A DNA stretch of 64,000 nt, taken from NCBI GenBank assembly GCA_965226495.1, contig OZ245365.1, forward strand, positions 544,001 through 608,000, read 5' to 3'. A program made the position numbers and the translations under genes. Below the pieces are notes generated by a model. The model saw only the letters and a program-made list of their open reading frames with translations. It had not been told where the DNA came from and made no database searches. Position 1 is the stretch's first letter; the number at the start of each line of letters is the position of its first letter. Of the stretch, positions 36,717 to 47,100 are shown piece by piece. This stretch comes from Candidatus Marinacidobacterales bacterium. GTDB taxonomy: Bacteria; Acidobacteriota; Vicinamibacteria; Marinacidobacterales; DATDRI01.

Positions 36717-37901
36717 ATGGCGAAGGCAGTGAATCAGGAAGCGGCGAAACTCAGTCCGACCGAGTTCCGCAAACGTTTTCCCATCTTCGAGTCCAAGATA
36801 CTCGTCAATAGCTGCGCGAAGGGTGCCCTTTCCGGAGAGGTGGAGGAGGCCTACGACCGCTACCTCCATTCTTGGCGAACCGGCGGTTCCCCCTGGGACG
36901 AGTGGGTCGGCGTTCTGGAGAGCACCCGCTCCGCCTACTCGGAGTTTCTCGGCTGCGCCCCCGACCAGTTGGCGCTGACTTATTGCGCCTCCACCGCGAT
37001 GAACGTGATCGCAAGCGCCTTGGATTTCAGCGGCCAACGAAACAAGATCATCGTTGGCGATTTCGAGTTTCCTACTTCGGCACAGATCTGGTTTGCGCAG
37101 CAACGGCGCGGAGCCCAGATCACTCGAATTCGTGCCGACGGCGCGGGCAGCAAGCTACCGCTCGAAGCGTATGCTCGCGGCATCGACGAGGAGACGTTGC
37201 TCGTACCCACCACGCATGTGTGCTTCCGGAACGGTTTCCGGGTGGACATTCGCGGCGTGGCACGGGCGGCCCGAGAAGCCGGTGCCTATTCCCTGGTCGA
37301 CGACTACCAGTGTTGCGGGACCCGGCCCATTGACCTGAAGGATCTGGACTGTGATTTCCTGTTGAGCGGCTGCTACAAGTATCTCCTCGGTTCCTCGGGG
37401 CTCGCGTTTTTGTATGTGAGGGAGGAGCTCATCCAGAAGCTAGAACCGACGGTGACCGGGTGGTTCGCACAAGAGAATCCATTTGCCTTCGACATCGAGC
37501 GGCAGACGTACCACGCGACGGCTCGTCGATTCGAGACGGGGACACCACCCGTGCCCAGCCTCTACGCCGCGGAAGCCGGCATCCGGTTAGTGATGGAGGT
37601 CGGCCTCGAGCGTATCCGCGATCACGTCGAGAAGTTGGTTACCGAGGCCATCCGAAAGGCGCGTGAAAGGGGCATCGAGATCTTGACTTCAGACGATCCC
37701 GCCGAGCACGGTCCGTTAGTGGTATTGCGTTCAACGGACTCCAGCAAAGCGGTGGCTGTCCTGGAAAAAGAAGGAATCATCACGTCCAACCGGCACGACG
37801 GCCTGCGCCTGAGCTTTCACTATTACAACGTGCCGGAAGATGTCGATGCGATTTTCGATGTCCTGGATCGACACCCCAAGCTCATGGTACGAACAAAGTA
37901 G
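36717..37901 (+). CDS. Class V PLP enzyme (kynureninase/cysteine desulfurase-like)
   Basis: FRKRFP, FEFPT, VDDYQCCG, SGCYKYLLGSSG, TGWFAQ, RRFETGTPP. Confidence 0.85.
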   Translation: MAKAVNQEAAKLSPTEFRKRFPIFESKILVNSCAKGALSGEVEEAYDRYLHSWRTGGSPWDEWVGVLESTRSAYSEFLGCAPDQLALTYCASTAMNVIASALDFSGQRNKIIVGDFEFPTSAQIWFAQQRRGAQITRIRADGAGSKLPLEAYARGIDEETLLVPTTHVCFRNGFRVDIRGVARAAREAGAYSLVDDYQCCGTRPIDLKDLDCDFLLSGCYKYLLGSSGLAFLYVREELIQKLEPTVTGWFAQENPFAFDIERQTYHATARRFETGTPPVPSLYAAEAGIRLVMEVGLERIRDHVEKLVTEAIRKARERGIEILTSDDPAEHGPLVVLRSTDSSKAVAVLEKEGIITSNRHDGLRLSFHYYNVPEDVDAIFDVLDRHPKLMVRTK

Positions 37902-37902
37902 A

Positions 37903-39933
37903 GTGGCCTACGTCCTAGGAACGAGAAGCCTTTCCAAGGTCGGCATCGTCGGCTCTGGCCAGATCGGTCCCGACATCGCCCTTCACTTCACCAAGGTGCT
38001 TCATGAACACGACGTTCCTGTGGTGGTGGTGGATATCGCGCTCGATGCGCTTGCCGCCGGCCGTGCCAAGCTCGTCAAGAAAATAGACAAAGGCGTCGAG
38101 ACCAAGGCCTTCAAACCGGAGCAGGCTGAGGCCATGAAGGCCAACGTCACCTTCACCGGAGACTACCAGGAGCTGGCCGGCGCTAGCTTGGTTATTGAAG
38201 CGGCTTCGGAAGATGAGGGACTGAAGCAACGCATCTTCGCGCACGTCGAAGAGCTGGCCGCCCCCGATGCGATCCTCGCTTCCAACTCCTCCCACCTCGA
38301 GCCGGAGCGAGTCTTTGCCAAGTCCAAGGACCCATCTCGAGCCCTGGTCATTCATTACTTCTTTCCGGCGGAGCGCAATCCACTAGTGGAAGTCATTCCA
38401 GGCGCGAAGACCGACCAGAGTCTCGTCGATTGGCTGCTTCAATTCTACGAAGCCATCGGCAAGGTTCCGATTCGTGTGGGGAGTCGTTACGGGTACGCGG
38501 TGGATCCAGTGTTCGAGGGAATCTTCCAGGCGGCCGCGCTCTCAGTCGAGGAAGGACTCGGTACGGTCGAAGAGGTCGACTACGTTGCCGCGAAGGCCCT
38601 GGGGCTCGGAGTCGGGCCCTTCACCGCCATGAACCTGACGGGCGGTAATCCGCTCACCGCACACGGGCTCACCGAGATGCATGAGCGGGTGAATCCCTGG
38701 TTCAAGACCCCGGAGCTCATGCGGCAGGTCATAGAGGAGGGACGCCCTTGGGATGCTGCCACGCGGGGTCAGATCCCGGATGTAGCACCGGAGGCGGCAG
38801 CCAAGATCACTGCACGCTTGCAGGGGGCTTTCTTCGGCTTGGTGGGTGAAGTGCTCGACAGCGGTATCACCAACGTCGCCGATCTCGAGATGGCGATTCA
38901 AATAGGCTTGGTCATGCGGCCGCCGTTTCAGTTCATGAACGAGCTGGGCCCAGCGAATGCGCTGGAGTTGGTGCGCAGCTATAAAGAGGTCCACGAAGAT
39001 TTCCCGGTGGCGGAAACCCTTGTGCGCCAGGCGGAATCGGGAGAGCCTTGGGAAATCCCATTCGTGCTACGACGCGACGAGCAACGCGTCGCCATTCTCA
39101 CCATCCGGAGGCCGCAAGTCCTCAACGCCCTCAACCAAGACGTTTACACTCAACTCGACCGCCACTTGGCCGCCATTGCCGCGGATGATGAAGACGGCGG
39201 CATCGAGGGCGTCGTGATCACCGGGTTCGGACAGAAAGCCTTCGTCTCCGGCGCCGATATTTCCATGATCGCCGCCGTCCGTTCGCCCGAGGAAGGGGAG
39301 AAGCTTTCGCAAAGCTCCCATGCCACCATGAATCACATCGAGAACTTTGCGAAGCCCGTGATCTGTGCCTACAACGGGCTTGCCTTCGGCGGTGGCAACG
39401 AGCTGGCCATGGCGTGTCATGGGCGAATCGCTCGGAAAGGCTTGAAAATCCTCGCCGCGCAGCCAGAGCCTAACCTGGGAATCATCCCCGGTTCCGGAGC
39501 AACACAGCGCCTCCCCCGGCTCGTGGGTTTCGAGACCGCATGGCCGATGTTGCGCACCGGCCGCCCCATCTCGGGCGCAGAGGCCGTAGACATCGGCCTC
39601 ATTGATGAAGAGGTGGAAGGTGATTTGGTGGCAGCGGCAGTCGCCCTTACGAAGGGGGCCGCTTCCGGGCAGAAGGCACTGAAGCGCATCGCGCGCGAAC
39701 CCATCGAACTTCTGGTCCAACTACCGGATGTCGAGCTCGGTCACTTGTCCCGCGCCGTCGACGCGGTGCTTCAGAAGGCAGTCCTCGAGGGAGCGAAGAT
39801 GTCTTTGGAGGAAGGTTTGCGTTTCGAGTCCTGGTGCTTCGGGGAAGGGTGCGGGCTCGAGGACATGCGGATCGGCGTCGACAACTTCATCGAGAACGGA
39901 CCCCGTTCAAAGGCCTCGTTCGTTCACCGTTAG
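37903..39933 (+). CDS. 3-hydroxyacyl-CoA dehydrogenase / enoyl-CoA hydratase fusion, dehydrogenase first
   Basis: GIVGSGQIG, VIEAASE, LASNSS, HYFFP; then LNALN, AFVSGADI, AFGGGNELA, PEPNLGIIPG. Start GTG 37903. Confidence 0.88.
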   Translation: MAYVLGTRSLSKVGIVGSGQIGPDIALHFTKVLHEHDVPVVVVDIALDALAAGRAKLVKKIDKGVETKAFKPEQAEAMKANVTFTGDYQELAGASLVIEAASEDEGLKQRIFAHVEELAAPDAILASNSSHLEPERVFAKSKDPSRALVIHYFFPAERNPLVEVIPGAKTDQSLVDWLLQFYEAIGKVPIRVGSRYGYAVDPVFEGIFQAAALSVEEGLGTVEEVDYVAAKALGLGVGPFTAMNLTGGNPLTAHGLTEMHERVNPWFKTPELMRQVIEEGRPWDAATRGQIPDVAPEAAAKITARLQGAFFGLVGEVLDSGITNVADLEMAIQIGLVMRPPFQFMNELGPANALELVRSYKEVHEDFPVAETLVRQAESGEPWEIPFVLRRDEQRVAILTIRRPQVLNALNQDVYTQLDRHLAAIAADDEDGGIEGVVITGFGQKAFVSGADISMIAAVRSPEEGEKLSQSSHATMNHIENFAKPVICAYNGLAFGGGNELAMACHGRIARKGLKILAAQPEPNLGIIPGSGATQRLPRLVGFETAWPMLRTGRPISGAEAVDIGLIDEEVEGDLVAAAVALTKGAASGQKALKRIAREPIELLVQLPDVELGHLSRAVDAVLQKAVLEGAKMSLEEGLRFESWCFGEGCGLEDMRIGVDNFIENGPRSKASFVHR

Positions 39934-39935
39934 TG

Positions 39936-40889
39936 TTACTGCTTGCGAGTGTCCAACAGTTGTTCCCACGCGTCACGTAGGCCTAGCCCTCGAGCAACAC
40001 CCTCGAGGCGCGATGCGACCGGACCCGGTATCGGAATCCCGTTCGCCCTCCGTTCTTCCTCGGCTTCGTACTCTGGTTCGCCTGGATAGTAGATACGCGC
40101 TCCGCTCGAGCCGGATGATGCCTTCAGCTTCTTGAGCAACTCGCCGATCCGGTTGCGAAAGCGCAGCCAGGGACCAAAGGCTTCGATCTGGATCGCTGCG
40201 AAGAAATGGCCGATATGTGCGGCCTCCGAGCCGTCTCCTTTAGCACCGGAGAGCTCGGTGCCGAAGGAGCCTCCCGACAGGATGCCGCACAAGATCTCGA
40301 CGGCTAGACTCAACTCGTCCTGTTGCCGCCCCGAATCGACTTCACGAGTCGTGAAATCGAGAACGAAGGGACTGCCGTCTTCCAGCGCTGGAATAGCGAT
40401 GGCCGCTGGGTTTGCACCGTGGAACGGTGTGGAACCACCGGGTGGGGCTACGGGGACGTCGTTTGTCATCACTATCCCTACCATCTTCTCGGGAAACGCC
40501 ATCCGCGCGTAATAGCTCAACATGCCCAGCTGATTGCTCTTCCTGACGGCAACGGCAGCCACACCGTTCCTCGAGGCCTTCGTGACGGCGAGCTCCATGG
40601 CTTTTGCTCCCACGACGGGTCCGGGACCGTTGTCACCATCGATGGTTGCCGCAGCCGCGATTTCCTGGACGACTTTGATTTCGGGCGTCGGGTTCACCAA
40701 ACGCGCCGACAAACGATCGGCGTAGAAGGGAATTCGCGCCACGCCTTGGCTTTCTACGCCCGCAAGATCGGCCGCCACGATCGCTTCTGCGATCGTCGAG
40801 GCATCTTTTGGCGGCACCCGAAGTCGCTTAAAGATCTCGCGAACGAGGTAGTGGAGTTTTCCGGGATGAACAAAGAGAGTTTCCGCCAT
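39936..40889 (-). CDS. Ldh_2-family oxidoreductase homologue, degenerate
   Basis: ADLAGVESQG, IDGDNGPG, RKSNQLG, GANP, GHFFAAI, YYPGE; conserved His residues appear as Gln and an internal segment is missing. Confidence 0.75.
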   Translation of the reverse strand: MAETLFVHPGKLHYLVREIFKRLRVPPKDASTIAEAIVAADLAGVESQGVARIPFYADRLSARLVNPTPEIKVVQEIAAAATIDGDNGPGPVVGAKAMELAVTKASRNGVAAVAVRKSNQLGMLSYYARMAFPEKMVGIVMTNDVPVAPPGGSTPFHGANPAAIAIPALEDGSPFVLDFTTREVDSGRQQDELSLAVEILCGILSGGSFGTELSGAKGDGSEAAHIGHFFAAIQIEAFGPWLRFRNRIGELLKKLKASSGSSGARIYYPGEPEYEAEEERRANGIPIPGPVASRLEGVARGLGLRDAWEQLLDTRKQ

Positions 40890-40977
40890 GAGGGTGTCGA
40901 AATCCTAGCCGCGGATGCGGGAGAAGTCAAAGGGAGAGAGGGTCAAGTTTTGCACTCTTGGGGGTGCAAGTCACCAT

Positions 40978-41106
40978 ATATGGGGACGTTCCGAGGAACC
41001 GTGGCCAACTCCCTACACCTGTTCCCCGGGCAAGACTCGTTGATCACCTCTAAGTGATTAGTTCATAAGCGACTTCGCAAGTAGCTTCGTCGGCACTAGT
41101 CTTGCT
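40978..41106 (+). promoter_or_regulatory. Sigma54 promoter with upstream motif and IHF-like site (giant gene 1)
   Basis: CGGCACTAGTCTTGCT (GG-N10-GC) at 41091; TAAGTGATTAGTT at 41051; ATATGGGGA-N13-CGTGGCC-N3-TCCCTACA at 40978. Confidence 0.78.
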
Positions 41107-41146
41107 TTAACCACACACGATCGAGAGATCTCTGTCCGCCCGTTCT

Positions 41147-44100
41147 ATGTCTTGGCTCGGGGGTACTTTGACTAAGTCAGCGCATCCAAAACTTAGATCG
41201 CACGCATTGAAGGCTCTTGCCTTTTCTATTCTGGCCGTCTGTCTACCCACGTCCCTTTTCTCCGCCGAAGTGACCATCGAATCCTCTGCTCAGGTGAATC
41301 ACGAGGTGTGGGAAAGCCAGGGCGCGGCCGTCATCTTTACCTGCGACCAGATCGGCTACGTCTTTTACTTGGCAGCGTTCGATGCCACCTCGGGAACTCC
41401 AACCTACCGGCAGACGACCGATGGGGGAACCACCTGGGGACCGGCGGTCGCCATCACATCCCGGACGGACATCGAGGATCTCGGCGGCATTTGGTACGAC
41501 CGCTGGACGCCGGGCGATACGACAGGGACAAAGATCCACATCAGCTATTACTCCGGTGTGGCCGACGACACCACTTACTACCGAAGCCTGGACACCGCGG
41601 ATAACTCGCTGGGTAGCGAGGTCTTGGTCGCCGACATGACCAATATCAACCAAGATGACGGTCACACGTCGATCACCAAAGCTACCGACGGCGATCTCTT
41701 CATCTATGCCGCCAGCACGGGCGTTCAAGATGTCTGGCGGTCCATTGACAACGGCTCCAGCTGGGTATCCACTTCGGCTTCCTTTCTCGATGACGACCTC
41801 GATCAGGGAAACCTGATGCCGCTCTCCGGGGGAGACGTTCTGCTCACCTGGTATGATGCGACGGCTGCAACAACCTTTTCCCGCGTCTTAACCAACGGCT
41901 TGGTCTGGGATGTAGCGAGCACCACGGTTGCTACCAACATCAATTTCACCAGCCATACCTGGGCCAGCACTTGGGGCACTTCCATCGACAAAACCTCTGG
42001 CGATATCTTTCTTGCCGTCAATGATTGCCCCGCTGACCCGGTGGGTTGTCTTCCCACCCCTGACTCCAGCATCGAGACTTACTTTTACGATGAAAGTCTG
42101 CGTTCCTGGTCGCAAAGAACCAATGTTTTGAGCGCCGACACCTCCAATGTTCGAGACGTCAAGGTATCCATCGACGAGAACACCGGTGATATTTACGTCG
42201 TCTATCAACGCGGCGGAACCGGCAGTCACGTTTACTACAAGAGATCTGTCGACGGAATGACGAGCTGGGGAGTGGAAACGCAGGTGAGTACCACCGGCGA
42301 CGACCTGCGCGTGATTAGACCCAACCTGATGAGCGATGAGCGGCTCTATGCCGTGTGGTTCAATGATGATCTGTCGGATATCTTGGGCGACACCATCGTC
42401 GACCTCACCTCGTCTACCCCGTCTCTCACACTGACCGACCAAACCGCCACCCAGGTCGGCGACGCGCTCACCACCAGCTCGCCGGTCACGGACGTTGTTT
42501 TCTACCGCTTCAACCTCGCTCGGTCCGGCACCGTCACCGTGAACAATATCCGGGTCAACTTCACCACCGGGGGCGGGATCGTCAACGCTGACGTCACCAA
42601 CGGCCAGCTCTACCGGGACGAGAACAACGACGGAGCCTGGGACGTCGGCGATACGCTCCTGCTGGGCGGCGTGACACCCGCAGGAGGCGTGCTTGCCTTC
42701 AACGGCTTGGGCGAAGATCCGGCAGGGGGAACGAACTATCTGGTACGCGCCACGATCGATAACCTGGTCAACGGCGACACCACCACCTTCTCGGTCAACT
42801 TCGCGGATATCGACGTCGTGGAGGCCGGTGTCAACGAATGTGGCACCATCACCGACGCCGTCCATATCCAGGATTTGTTCCTCACACTGGCCAATCATGG
42901 CTCCGGCCAGGTCCCGGACCGGTTCACCGCCGTCACGCCGGTGACCGATGTGCTCTTCCGCTTCAACCTGACGGCGACGGGAACGATCACCGTGGACGTC
43001 TTGCGAGTCAACTTCACCACGGGTGGAGGCGTTGTCAATGGGGACGTCCCGGTGGGTCAACTTTGGGAGGACGTCAACAACGACGGTGCGATCGACGGCG
43101 GCGACAGTCAGATAGGTGGAAACGTCACCCCCACCGGTGGCGTCCTGACCTTCAACACTGATTTCTCGCCCGCCGTGAGCGGCACCAATTACCTGGTACG
43201 GGCCACGGTCGCAAACCTCCTGGGCGCGGACACCACGACCTTTTCGGTGGGCGCTGCCGACATCGACCCGCTCGAGCCAAGCGTCACCGAGTCCGGTTCT
43301 ATCACCAACGCCGTCCATACCCAGGACAACGTCGTCGACCTGACCCAGGGTCACTACCGCTGGCGCAACGATGACGGTGTTGAGTTAGGAGACACCAACG
43401 AGGTGAGCGAGACCGCCTCCACCACGACAACGAATGCGGCCTACGAGGCCTTGTCCGGTATGTCGATCACGCCGGGTGCGGGTGACTATCTGGTGTGGTT
43501 CAGCGGGACCCTGAGGAACAGCAGTACGGGCACCCAGCACGTGTCTCTTTACCTCGATGCGGGTCAGATTGCCGAGAGCGAGCGCGAGATTACAACTGAG
43601 ACTTCGATACCGAATACGCGTTACGTGACCGCCACGCATGCCTTCATTGCGGGAGTGACGGCGGGCCAAACAATCAACGTGCGTTGGAAGACGAGCGCCG
43701 GTACGGCGACGATGCTCGAGCGCACGCTGACCGTAACGAAGGTGAATGCCGCAGATGTTACGCAGGCCACGGCGACCACGCTTGCAACCGAAACAAGCGT
43801 CACCGACACACTCATCAACAGTATGACCCTCACCCCGGGGGCGGGTGACTATCTCATCTGGTTCAGCGGCTCGAACGCCAACACCGCGGCCCCTTCGAAG
43901 AACCACGTGTCGTTGTATGTGAACGGATCTCAGGTAACTCACACGGAGCGGGAGATCGATCAAGAGGAGTCCCTCGGGAATACCTTCTTCCCCGTGGCTT
44001 CACATGCACGAGTGCTTGCAGTGGGAGCGACCGACGCGATAGAAGCACGCTGGAGAGTTAGCGCCGGGACCGCCAACATGAACGCCCGGACGTTGACCGT

Positions 44101-47100
44101 CTACAAGATCAATCCCGCGGAAAACTTCCAAGCGAGTTCCGATATAGACGATGGACCCTTCTCCACCGCCAGCTATACCCAGGTGAACAGCATGACGCTC
44201 ACCCCGGGAGCGGGTGACTATCTCGTGTGGTTCAGCTCCTCCCTGGTAGCCGATAACTCTGGCGATACGGTGCACGTGTCCTTGTTCTCTGGGGGCAGCC
44301 AGGTGCCCCACAGCGAGCGTGAGATTTGGGTGGAAGGCTCGATCGATACGGCTCCCTTTCAATCGTTCCCGGTGGCCACGCACGCCTATATCACGGGAGT
44401 AGGTGGGAGCGATGCCATCGAGGTGCGATGGCAGCTCACGGGTGGTGGTACCGCCACGATGCACGAGCGCACTTTGGTGGTGCAAAAAGTACCGTCTCCG
44501 ATCCTGGCGACCTTTGCGGCCGCCGAGGACACGAAACTGACCGGCCTGGCCAAGAACACCATCAAACGGGTTCGCTTCGAGGTATCGAACGAGGGCAACG
44601 CAAGCTCAGGCGCCGTGACCTACCAGCTTCAGGTGGCGGAGACCGCCACTTGCAGTGCGGGCAGCTACAACAACGTTCCCACGGACACGAGCGGGCATTG
44701 GCAAGTTACGGACTCGTCATTCATCACTGATGGTGAGCCGACCGCGAACATCAGTCCCGGGCTTACCGACGACGCGACGACGTTTGTGTCGGGTGAGCTG
44801 AAGGACTTGGGTAACACCACCGGAACCATCACCCTAGGCGTAGACCAGTTCACCGAGGTCGAGTTTTCGGTCCAGGCACTGGCGGCGGCCACCGACGGCG
44901 GTGATTATTGCTTCCGCCTCCAAGTCCTCGATACCTATATCAACTACGCCGAGGTCCAGCTGGCCGCCCCGACCACCGATGTCACGGTGACTGTCTCCGG
45001 CACCCAGACAGCGACGATGGGAATCCCCAGCACGAACCAGTACGTGGGCGGGAAGTTCGTCATCGTCGACAACACCGGCTCGCGAAACATCACCGGTATC
45101 ACCATCACCGAGAGTGGGACCGTCGACGCTCTGAACAACCTGGATAACATCAAGCTCTTCTACGAGCTCGACACCACGGCTCCGTATGACGGAGCGAGCG
45201 AAAGCTACGCTGGGACAGAGTCTCAGTTCGGGGTAACGGACACGACCGGTTTCAGCGCTGCCAACGGAACATCGAGCTTCACGGGCACGGTGGCGATCAA
45301 CACGACATCGACGATGGTGGTGTACGTGGTGTTCGATGTAGGCGCGGGAGCCACCCCGGGCGAGACGGTCGAGATCAGCATCAATGACTCCTCGACGGAA
45401 GTCACGGCCAGTGCAGGAACCGTCGGTCCGGCCACACCGGTCGCGATCCCGGGGACCACGACACTTGCCGCGCCGCCTGCAGGTGTCATTTTCTACTCGG
45501 TGGGGACGGACAACACCGCGCTCTATTCGGATACGGCTTCGGCCGCGAGCGGAACGCTCACCCTGAATAGCGCAGCTGCCAACAACATTGGAGTGGGTGA
45601 CGAGATCCGGGAAGGAGCGAACCGTTACTACATCACCGGGCGCACCTCAGCGACCGTTTTTGCGATTCAGAATTCTGCCGCGAATGGTGGTACCCCGGGC
45701 GATACGAACATTACCTTCGCGCTCACCGCAATCACGATTTTTCGCGCCTTCAACGACTTGGACACCGCACCCACCGGCTCTGCGGACGCCAACCACCTCA
45801 ACACTACGGATCTCGTAACCGGTAACTTCCAGCTCAACTGGGCGTGTTACAACGACGGTCCCGATCCGTCGGTCGAAGTGGTGATTCAGGAGCCATGGGT
45901 CACTGGGCCTGCGAACTACATCCGGGTCTTCACTCCCACCGACTCAACCCAAGTCGGAATATCTCAGCGACACACCGGCGTTGCCGGCACCGGATACCGA
46001 ATTGCGCCTTCCACCGTCGCAGGCTCCGGCAATTTCAATCTGCTGCAGATCAGCACGGACTTCGGCCACGTCCGCATCGAGGGAATCGAGCTCGACGGCT
46101 CGAACGTGACCGGTGGCGACGGTGTATACGGTATCGACCTGGGTGACAGTGACGGCGCGAGCTCCGACGACATTCGGATCTCCCACTGCCTAATTCACGA
46201 CATCACCAACTCGAGCCTCGCGGATGCGAGCGGCCTTGATGTGGCAGGGATCAACGTCTTCGTTGGGCGCCCCTCGGACAACACGAAGATCTGGAACAAC
46301 ATCATCTACGACGTCTCCAACGTGAGCACCAACGGTGCCTCTGACGCGAAGGGCATCAGGATGAGCGCGCCCGGGGTTACCTACTACGTCTACAACAACA
46401 CCGTGTACGACATCAGGAAGACGGGCACGGGTGGTGACGCCAACGGTATCGAAGACAACGGTGTGACCGGCGTTCATGCGAAGAACAATTACGTGGGTCT
46501 CGTCCAGCACCTCATGGGTGGCCCGCAACTCTGCTTCAACGGCACGTTCCTTTCCGAGAACAACAACGTCTCTTCGGACGCCACGGCGGGGGGCGCCGGG
46601 AGTCAGATCAACCAGTCAGCTTATGCTTCCTACTTCGTGGACACCACGGGCGGTAGCGAAAACCTCCACCTACTCAATGACTCGAACACGCTTTGGGGCT
46701 CTTTCGGTACCGACCTGGATAGCGACGCCAATCTGCCAATTACGGACGACGTCGATGGCGAGGCGCGGGACGCGACCCAGCCGGACATCGGAGCGGATGA
46801 GGCCGCCCCTGCCGTCGTCGCCTTCTACTCGGTGGGGACGGACAACACCGCGCTTTATTCGGACACAGCCTCGGCGTCGGCCGGGACCCTCACGCTGAAC
46901 AGCCCTGCCGTCGACAAAATCGGAGTCGGTGACGAGATACGGGAGGGAGTGAATCGTTACTACATTACCGGACGCAACTCGGCGACCGAGTTTACGATCC
47001 AAAACTCTGCCGCCAATGGAGGTACACCGGGTGACGCGAACATTACCTTCGCGTCTACCGCCATCACGGTTTTCCGGGCGTTCAACACGCTCACGGCAGC

